Below are positions 56,637-64,000 of a stretch of 64,000 nt of DNA, piece by piece. The stretch is from a virus (lineage: Duplodnaviria > Caudoviricetes). The position numbers and the translations under genes were made by a program. Position 1 is the stretch's first letter. Every line of letters begins with the position of its first letter. The notes beneath the pieces are model-generated. The model ran no database searches. It was not told where the DNA came from and saw only the letters and a program-made list of their open reading frames with translations. The stretch lies in the IMG/VR virus record IMGVR_UViG_3300021431_000076, positions 160,001-224,000 of that record; one strand, written 5' to 3'.

Positions 56637-57398
56637 ATGGCTAATAAAAAGAAAGCTGAAGAAGCTAAATCACAGCCTGATAACGTTAAGGTTATCATTC
56701 AACCAGATGGAACCAAATACTCTCTGGGTTTTCTTGATGAATTAGATGCTTTGGTTTTGGCTATATATGAAAATAAATTGCCGGATCAAGATAAAGCAAA
56801 AATTGATCAAGACCCAGTCTTCCTGAGTAAACTGGAAAGTTATATCAGGAACGGCATCATTCAATTGGATATGCCACCAAACAATATCCAGTTGAATGAA
56901 AATCAGAAGAAGATCAGAGAATATTGGTTCAAAGATGCATCTGAAGATGCAATCAGAGAACAGGTATTGGGCACTGAAAGGTACCAATACTGGAAGCAAA
57001 CTGGTTCTATTGAACCACCCCCACAAAAAGCACAGGCATCTCCTGCTTCTGAAAATATGGCAGAAGCAAATACCACATTAAATGTGGAAACAAACATTCA
57101 CGTTGAAAAAGAGGAAAAGACAGAGGAGGAAAAAGTTATGTTTAACAACACTCAGAACAATCAGAATGGTCAGCAGGCACAGGCACAGCAGCAGAATGGT
57201 CAGCAGCAGCAGGGCAATATCCTGACAGATGCTCTTGGCGCAGTGGATGAGTTCACTGATCATTGGTATGGGAAAGCCGCTATTGCCGGTGGTGCGGCAT
57301 TCGCAACCTATAAGTTCCTTAGCAGTAAGTCTGAAGATCCAGACTATAGCTCTGCTGGGGATGATGCAGTATCTGACTATGGCGGAAATTTCTTCTAA
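56637..57398 (+). CDS. Early hypothetical protein (253 aa) with a Gln-rich segment and a C-terminal hydrophobic helix
   Basis: Early promoter TATATTAT-AGAGG-TGA at 56585-56600; GGGAGG RBS; visibly higher GC than its neighbours. Confidence 0.7.
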   Translation: MANKKKAEEAKSQPDNVKVIIQPDGTKYSLGFLDELDALVLAIYENKLPDQDKAKIDQDPVFLSKLESYIRNGIIQLDMPPNNIQLNENQKKIREYWFKDASEDAIREQVLGTERYQYWKQTGSIEPPPQKAQASPASENMAEANTTLNVETNIHVEKEEKTEEEKVMFNNTQNNQNGQQAQAQQQNGQQQQGNILTDALGAVDEFTDHWYGKAAIAGGAAFATYKFLSSKSEDPDYSSAGDDAVSDYGGNFF

Positions 57399-57417
57399 TA
57401 GTTTCTAACCATACTTA

Positions 57418-57450
57418 AAAGGAGCACCAGAAATGGTGCTCCTTGTTTTT
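57418..57450. terminator. Bidirectional terminator
   Basis: aaggagcacca-gaaa-tggtgctcctt between convergent genes. Confidence 0.8.
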
Positions 57451-58466
57451 TATTGTTTACCAATAGATTTCTTCATATCATTCAGCATCTTAGTAATATA
57501 ACCCTCATTAATAGGAATCATATTCAATGTACTCAAGCATTCTAAGAATGAATACATAACTTTAGTATCATTTACTACTTTACCAAAGTTTACTTTATTA
57601 TATTCAGTACTATATGCTTCTTTTAATACATCTACACTATGAATAGATTCTAGCATAATTTGGGTCATACTATTAAATACATTACATGGAGATTCTAAGA
57701 TAGCTCTTTCTTTTCTTTTTGCTATTCTTACAGCTTCTTGTTGCATTTGCTGAATATCTTCAGGAGAATTGGATACTATATTTTGACTACCATCCATAGT
57801 ATTCTCTGCAGCATCAAGTTCATCTATTCTTTGTTTAGCATTATCATAAATCTGCTTAATAGCATACTTATTTTTTTTATTAAAGTCAATAAAGTCATCT
57901 ACTGAATCTTGTACTCTATTTGCAATGATCTTAGTTACATCTTTAGGAATTGAATCTTTAATATCTACTACAAAGCTTTCAATATCATGATCTTCAATCT
58001 TATAAGCATCTTCTTCAGGTAGACCTTCTTTGATTTTTTCTTTAGTATCTTCAAGAAGTCTATCTAGATGATTATCAATTGTTCTAGAAATATCAGATAG
58101 ATAAATAGATTTGTGAGACCATTCATTTAATAAAAGTGGAACATTCTGTTCATTCACAAAATCATTAATAATACCAACAGCAAGATTTCTTTCATGACTA
58201 TTAGCAGCTTGTTCATTTAATACTGGTTCCATTATAGCATAATAAATACCATTTGTCATCAAAGTTTTCTGAGCTTCCTCAGCAAAGGCTAACCAACCAT
58301 GATTAAATCTTTTATTATTCTTCCAAGCATCATATGCTTGTTCTCCATAAGCTTTAGGTTTTTCTTCTTTCTTAGGATATAGATCAATAGTCTGCTCCTG
58401 TAAATTTTTTAAATATTCTAATTTCACAGAGGCATTAGATTTAGGTGCACGTTTAAAAGTATACAT
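57450..58466 (-). CDS. Putative virion (head-associated) protein (338 aa)
   Basis: AGGAGG RBS; helical; last gene of a three-gene late operon. Confidence 0.5.
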   Translation of the reverse strand: MYTFKRAPKSNASVKLEYLKNLQEQTIDLYPKKEEKPKAYGEQAYDAWKNNKRFNHGWLAFAEEAQKTLMTNGIYYAIMEPVLNEQAANSHERNLAVGIINDFVNEQNVPLLLNEWSHKSIYLSDISRTIDNHLDRLLEDTKEKIKEGLPEEDAYKIEDHDIESFVVDIKDSIPKDVTKIIANRVQDSVDDFIDFNKKNKYAIKQIYDNAKQRIDELDAAENTMDGSQNIVSNSPEDIQQMQQEAVRIAKRKERAILESPCNVFNSMTQIMLESIHSVDVLKEAYSTEYNKVNFGKVVNDTKVMYSFLECLSTLNMIPINEGYITKMLNDMKKSIGKQ

Positions 58467-58484
58467 TATGTCTTTACCTCCTTA

Positions 58485-59726
58485 TTAGAATAATGGACCA
58501 CCAGTAGAGCTCATAGCAGTATCTGGATTAGTATTTACATCATCAATTCTATATTTTCTACTATCTGCTTTAATCTGATTAGTTGCTGCTCTTTCATTCT
58601 TATTATGATCAATAGCAATCTTATCAGCTATTTTACGGAAAGCAGATGCAATTTTAAGTTGTCTTCTAACAACAGAAGATTTATCTCCAATAGTTCTAAT
58701 ATCCTTAGAGCTATTTAACTGATTAGCATTCATTTCTAATAGATCTGCTTGAATATCTAAATATGTAGATACTCTAGCTCTAGAAGCATAGAAATAATAT
58801 ACTAAATCTTTTAGCATAGATACACATGCTAATACTACACCAACAATAGATACTGCTGCACCTATACCAACTAATACAGTTAAAGGATCAAAGCCTTTAG
58901 CTTTGGCTTTTATAAGAGGTCTAAGAGAATTCTCTACATCACCCTTACGAGCAGCTTCATTAAATTTAACTAAGCTTTCATACATAAGAGATTCTTTAAC
59001 TTTAGAAATGCCAGCTTTATCAAGAGCAATATCCATACCATCATTCTTAGGAGACTTAATATACTCAATACAAGTAGCAATCATATAAGAGATAGAAGAA
59101 ATAATACCTAAAACTATATTATTATACATAGCAATACCAAGAGAGATCTTACCAGCAAAGCAAGCCATAAAAAGGTCTTTATTGTATTCTACATACTGCA
59201 ATGCATTCTGAATTTCAATGATAGGTTTAGTATCTTCTTTATACTGAGTAAAGATTTGTTTAAGAATATTAATACATTGCTCAATCTGTTCATATTTTGG
59301 AAGTCTGGTAATATCACCTTTAGAATTAGGAATATCGCCATAATCAACTTCATCTACTTTATCAATCATCATTTGATAAAGTTTATTAGTAAGAGATACA
59401 ATAAGTGCATTCTGTTCTGCTTCATCTAAAGCAAAGATAGCAGTATTGGTTTTAATATCATGATAATCAAAATACTCATTAACAATAGCTAAGAAATCTT
59501 CATGGAATTTAGCAGTATCGTTCTTTTGAGAAAGATCATTCATATTTTTATAAGGTTCATATTTATTAATAACCATACCTTTGTTTTCCTCCTCCTTCTT
59601 ATCTTTTTTATCATCAGAAAGTTCTGTATCATTAAAAAGATCTTCTGTATTTACATCAGGAATTATCATGTTATCCTGATCCATTATTCCAGTTTCTGAG
59701 AGTTTAAATAGTGGCATTATATTCAC
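58485..59726 (-). CDS. Putative virion protein (413 aa) with hydrophobic helices
   Basis: Late operon; acidic N-terminus; hydrophobic stretch LTVLVGIGAAVSIVGVVLACV. Confidence 0.5.
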   Translation of the reverse strand: MNIMPLFKLSETGIMDQDNMIIPDVNTEDLFNDTELSDDKKDKKEEENKGMVINKYEPYKNMNDLSQKNDTAKFHEDFLAIVNEYFDYHDIKTNTAIFALDEAEQNALIVSLTNKLYQMMIDKVDEVDYGDIPNSKGDITRLPKYEQIEQCINILKQIFTQYKEDTKPIIEIQNALQYVEYNKDLFMACFAGKISLGIAMYNNIVLGIISSISYMIATCIEYIKSPKNDGMDIALDKAGISKVKESLMYESLVKFNEAARKGDVENSLRPLIKAKAKGFDPLTVLVGIGAAVSIVGVVLACVSMLKDLVYYFYASRARVSTYLDIQADLLEMNANQLNSSKDIRTIGDKSSVVRRQLKIASAFRKIADKIAIDHNKNERAATNQIKADSRKYRIDDVNTNPDTAMSSTGGPLF

Positions 59727-59729
59727 CTC

Positions 59730-61178
59730 TTATCTCTTAGAAACCATATTGATAACTTTCTTATACATACCTGAACTTTCTTCACGTTCAAGACTCATAA
59801 AGGAATAAGTTTCAAAATTCTTACCACCATCATCCCAAAGCATATCTACTCTTTCCATTGCTTCATCTACAATGACAGCACACATAAAACTATATCCTTT
59901 CATAATAGAAAGAAGAGTTCCTGGATTATGAATATCTAATCTATGATACTTCTTAATCAAATCTGCTTCTTCTTTAGAAATAACTATAGTAGCAATAGCA
60001 GAACAAGAAGCATCATTTCTAAACAGTTGTCTATTTCTCTTAGCTTGATTGGCTCTAAGTTCTAGAAGTTTCCAAATAGATGATGTAGATCCTTTACCAA
60101 CTTTAGATAAAGCATCTACTTTAGCTCTATCTACTGAGAACAAGAAATCTTTAAAGAATGAAATTTCTCTAGTAGTAGCTCTAATGAAATTAAATAATCC
60201 TCTACGATCTGAATTCTTAAGCATAATCTTATTGACCATATCTTCAGATTTAACATAGTGGATCATTGCCTTAACACCAATAACACAAACATTTTCTACA
60301 CTATTAGATCCATGAGTTCCAACTGGACCACCGACTGTGGTGAATCTCACTATAATAAGAGAAGGCATAGCTTCATTAGCTTTCTCTACATCAGATTTTA
60401 TAATAGATTTACTTATAGCGTCATAAGCATTTTTAACATTTGTGGTCTGAATTTCGTCTGTATCTTGATATGTTACAGTTGTTTGATTATCATCATCATC
60501 ACGAGTAGTATATTGCGTTGTAGATTGTCTAACACCATTTCTACCAACAATTGCTTCACCAAATACTTGTTTTACAACATAATCATTTATAGAAGATTCA
60601 TTCAAACACTCACCAAGATAATATCTGCAATTCTGTTTTAAATCTTCTTGAACTGCTTTAATACCATCTCTAACTGCAATTTCTGTAGCAGCATTTAGAT
60701 TAGTATTATTATATACAGTACCACCAGCATTAGCATCCATCACATCTACACCAGCAGCAAGAATATCGTCTATATTAGCATTGGACCAATCAAGCTTAGA
60801 ATCAATATTATTATGAAATTTAGAAAGATAGTCATAAGCATTAGTAGCAGAATCAATAGATGCAGAAGCAAACAACATTTCTAACATACCAACACATTTT
60901 CTTTCTACAGCTTTAGAGATCATAACAGCTTGATCAAGTGGTGTAGCTTCTGTTACAATAACTGGAAATACAGCTGTTAAGCCTTTTGCAGCTGTAGCAA
61001 TATTTCTACTTATGACTTGATCAAATTTAGATCGGTCATTTACTTCTGTCATGTTTTTCCTAGATCTTTGCATAAAACTATCCCATACTGTGGGACTCTT
61101 GGCTACATCAGCAGCCATAGTGATAATATCACGAAGAAACCCTTCGTGAATAGTAGTAAAGTCTGTGTTAGAACTCAT
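59730..61178 (-). CDS. Putative virion structural protein (482 aa)
   Basis: AAGGAGGAG RBS; late promoter AACA-TTAGAT-TA at 61236-61247 on minus. Confidence 0.5.
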   Translation of the reverse strand: MSSNTDFTTIHEGFLRDIITMAADVAKSPTVWDSFMQRSRKNMTEVNDRSKFDQVISRNIATAAKGLTAVFPVIVTEATPLDQAVMISKAVERKCVGMLEMLFASASIDSATNAYDYLSKFHNNIDSKLDWSNANIDDILAAGVDVMDANAGGTVYNNTNLNAATEIAVRDGIKAVQEDLKQNCRYYLGECLNESSINDYVVKQVFGEAIVGRNGVRQSTTQYTTRDDDDNQTTVTYQDTDEIQTTNVKNAYDAISKSIIKSDVEKANEAMPSLIIVRFTTVGGPVGTHGSNSVENVCVIGVKAMIHYVKSEDMVNKIMLKNSDRRGLFNFIRATTREISFFKDFLFSVDRAKVDALSKVGKGSTSSIWKLLELRANQAKRNRQLFRNDASCSAIATIVISKEEADLIKKYHRLDIHNPGTLLSIMKGYSFMCAVIVDEAMERVDMLWDDGGKNFETYSFMSLEREESSGMYKKVINMVSKR

Positions 61179-61310
61179 TGACTTACTCCTCCTTATTAAT
61201 TTTATTTTAGCATAATATTAATATAAGTAAATACTTAATCTAATGTTTCTCAAAATAGGCTTTTAAGGACCAATTAGTAAGACAACCTGTTAAGAAAAGG
61301 GGGGAATAAG

Positions 61311-62369
61311 ATGGCAAAAACTACAATTGGAGGATCAACATACGGATCAGGTATAATATCAGAAGATGAAAAAAATATACTGCTTAAAGCAGACAAAGAT
61401 GGAAATACTGCATACAAAAATGCTATGTTAGATGATGCATTGCTTTTAAAACAAATGAGATCTAATGGCTATTTCCAACCATCAGATATGAAATATAGAA
61501 GATCTTTTTATCCAGTTAAAAGAATGGACCCATATAATAGGGTACAAGGGACTAAAGAATATGTATTTTTTACAAAACCACGTATTCCTATAGTGGCAAA
61601 TAATGATTTGACTGATCAATTTAAAGCTATACCATATTATAGAAATTTATGGTCTTCTGGCTATGCATATCAAGAAATACTAAAAGATTTATCTGCTTAT
61701 GGAGATATATGTCCGTTTGTGCAAATGCTTACTAATAGAATAACTTCTAATATAGATATTCCTGGAATAAATGTAGATGTATTAGAAACTGCACAAAACT
61801 TTTGGGGAAGTAAAATAGTGTATCCTAAAACATCTATGTCTTCAGATGAAGGAATAGAATTCACATGTGAGTTTGAAGAAACTAAACATCTTGAAATATA
61901 TCATTTTTTTAAAGCCTGGGATTTATATAGACAAATGAAATGGTGGGGTATTATTAGTCCACCAGATTATTGTATTAATCATAAAATTCTAAATGATCAT
62001 ATTGCTGTATATAAATTTATTGTTGCTGAAGATGGAGAAAGATTATTATATTGGTGTAAATGGACTGGAGTATTTCCATCAACTATAGGAAGAGATACAT
62101 TTTCTGAAATACCAGTAGAAGGTCCATTAAAACTAACAGTTACATTTAAGGTTAGTGGATGGTTTGAAGATATGGAGCCTAATATACTTTCAGATTTTAG
62201 GCAAATAGTATCTACAGGCTTAAATAGAAATTATAATAGATGGAAGATATGGGATATTGATGTTGGAGGAATTGAACAAGAGAATATGTATTTGCCTTGG
62301 GTTGAAGCTGCTGGTAAATTAAACAGTGAAAACTTTACTGATGTTTATTTTGAATGGTTAGAATTTTAA
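61311..62369 (+). CDS. Putative tail tube-like/baseplate protein (352 aa)
   Basis: Late promoter GACA-ACCTGT-TA at 61281-61292. FTCEFEE..IYHFFKAW..WTGVFPSTIG..LTVTFK pattern recalls T4 gp19/gp48/gp54-type tube folds. Confidence 0.5.
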   Translation: MAKTTIGGSTYGSGIISEDEKNILLKADKDGNTAYKNAMLDDALLLKQMRSNGYFQPSDMKYRRSFYPVKRMDPYNRVQGTKEYVFFTKPRIPIVANNDLTDQFKAIPYYRNLWSSGYAYQEILKDLSAYGDICPFVQMLTNRITSNIDIPGINVDVLETAQNFWGSKIVYPKTSMSSDEGIEFTCEFEETKHLEIYHFFKAWDLYRQMKWWGIISPPDYCINHKILNDHIAVYKFIVAEDGERLLYWCKWTGVFPSTIGRDTFSEIPVEGPLKLTVTFKVSGWFEDMEPNILSDFRQIVSTGLNRNYNRWKIWDIDVGGIEQENMYLPWVEAAGKLNSENFTDVYFEWLEF

Positions 62370-62382
62370 AAGGAGGTAGAAC

Positions 62383-64000
62383 ATGGCATCTGAATCAACC
62401 ACTATCCTAAATACTGATATTTATAAAGTCAGTCAATTTGTAGATAGTATTAAAGCAAGATATGTTGATATTCCAGAAGATACTCTAGTATTAGGTGTAT
62501 ATGGTTATCTATCTTCTGTTATATCTAATGCATTAGAAAATACAGCTATAATGGCATCTGAATATTCTAATGAAGCAATTCCTACTAAGGCAAAGTTTGA
62601 AAGAAATATAATTTCTCATGCTTTATCTTTAGGTATAAATAAAATCTTTGCAGTTCCTTCGTATATTGATATTACTTTAAATTTACCAGAATCTAAACTA
62701 CTAGAAAATCTAATAGAAGATCCTGATGTAGTAAATTCTGCTAGTTATACTGGTGGTGCTCCTAAAGATACATTTATTGTAGATAAAGATTGTGTATTTC
62801 GTATAGGGCAAGATGAAGAATATGAATATCATTTAGATTATGATATCAAAATTAAAAGAAGTACATTAGCCAATGGTACATATGTTTATAATGCTATGTA
62901 TATGACTGACAGCTGGCATAATGAAATGGTTACTTTAAATAACCCATATTTACCAGCTATAGGATTGGTTAATGTAGAAGGAGATAACATGTTGTCTATT
63001 AAGACAACAATAAGACAATATACACATACAGAAATATATTCTAAGATTATAATAGAGAATCCATTGGAGAATAAGATATTAAACTTTACATGGGAAGATC
63101 AATTAATCTTTTTCTATATAGAAGTAGATGAATCCAATGATTCTGGTGGTACTGATAAACATATTCTTGTTCCAGTATATGATGGTCTTTATAATAATAC
63201 TACTGCATCTCAAGAATACGTTAATTTCTTATTCTTAGATGATAAAAATATAAGAGTAAAATTCAATAGAGATGTATATCAACCTAGAAAGAATTCTGAT
63301 GTCACAATTCATGTGATAACTTGTTTAGGTGACGAAACCAACTTCATGTTATCTCCTACATATTATAAGGTAGGGCCATTAAATTCTTCTAGATTTAATT
63401 ATGCATCTATGTATTATATGATTACTCCTGTGGGAGATTCTATAGATGGTCAGAATAAGTTATCTATAGAACAACTTAAACTTATTATTCCTCAAGAAGC
63501 TATATCTAGAGGATCTATAGCGACTTATACAGATCTTAATAATGCATTCAATTCAGTTCAAACTCCAGATATTAAAATGACATTTCTTAGAAAAGTTCAT
63601 AATCAGGTAGAAAGATTATATTATGCCTATTTATTATTAAGAGATTCTAATAAGAATATAATACCAACTAACACCGTTACATCTTATTTAGAAAGAGATG
63701 CATTTGATTCTATTACTAAATATAGTTTTATTTTAAAGCCAGGAGCTTTATTCTATTTAGATCTAAAGGATAATAAAGTAAAAGTACTAGCTCAAGGAGA
63801 TTATTCTCAATCAAATATAGATAATATGGATAATACTTCTTTCTTATATACTTGCCCATATCTTATGGTTATGAACAAATCTCCATTTTATGTATCTTAT
63901 TATATGACTATGATACATTATACAAGAGATCTATACTTTAGATATATAAATGATAAATCTCTTCTTCAATTTATAACACTTAGTTATTCTTTCCATAGAG
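62383..64000 (+). CDS. Baseplate wedge-like protein, 3'-truncated by the window end
   Basis: AGGAGG RBS; open frame MASESTTILNTDIY...; NEAIPTKAKFERNIISHALSLG resembles the T4 gp6-type wedge N-terminal motif. Confidence 0.6.
   Translation, partial: MASESTTILNTDIYKVSQFVDSIKARYVDIPEDTLVLGVYGYLSSVISNALENTAIMASEYSNEAIPTKAKFERNIISHALSLGINKIFAVPSYIDITLNLPESKLLENLIEDPDVVNSASYTGGAPKDTFIVDKDCVFRIGQDEEYEYHLDYDIKIKRSTLANGTYVYNAMYMTDSWHNEMVTLNNPYLPAIGLVNVEGDNMLSIKTTIRQYTHTEIYSKIIIENPLENKILNFTWEDQLIFFYIEVDESNDSGGTDKHILVPVYDGLYNNTTASQEYVNFLFLDDKNIRVKFNRDVYQPRKNSDVTIHVITCLGDETNFMLSPTYYKVGPLNSSRFNYASMYYMITPVGDSIDGQNKLSIEQLKLIIPQEAISRGSIATYTDLNNAFNSVQTPDIKMTFLRKVHNQVERLYYAYLLLRDSNKNIIPTNTVTSYLERDAFDSITKYSFILKPGALFYLDLKDNKVKVLAQGDYSQSNIDNMDNTSFLYTCPYLMVMNKSPFYVSYYMTMIHYTRDLYFRYINDKSLLQFITLSYSFHR

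Noticed and set aside
1-64000. Stop-codon reassignment as seen in some gut/rumen jumbo phages
   Set aside because: Genes are long and tightly packed under the standard code, and TAA, TAG and TGA all appear as genuine stops.

Overview
Very AT-rich, gene-dense segment of a jumbo bacteriophage of the phiKZ/AR9(PBS1)-like type, read with the standard genetic code. The host is probably an anaerobic Firmicute, possibly Negativicutes (weak inference from the amidase). The window encodes a phage multisubunit RNA polymerase beta-like subunit, many large virion/tail/baseplate proteins, and three fibre-like proteins that share one N-terminal motif. It also carries a 5536-aa tape-measure-like protein with six hydrolase domains, ThyX, PhoH, a RusA-like resolvase, an amidase and islands of small early genes. 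Two phage promoter classes are readable in the intergenic DNA: early-type TATAYYAT-N5-YGA and late-type AC(A/T)-N6-TA. The most striking candidate for a new system is a two-gene minus-strand unit (8990-11406): a repeat-shafted fibre protein whose only six cysteines form a C-terminal ranthipeptide-like acidic tail, translationally coupled to a radical SAM/SPASM enzyme. This suggests RiPP-type chemistry applied to a virion protein. Other candidates are a ~300-nt pseudoknotted ncRNA upstream of thyX, empty early-promoter cassettes and anti-Shine-Dalgarno-rich intergenic RNAs. All annotations are by eye from motifs; no database searches were run.
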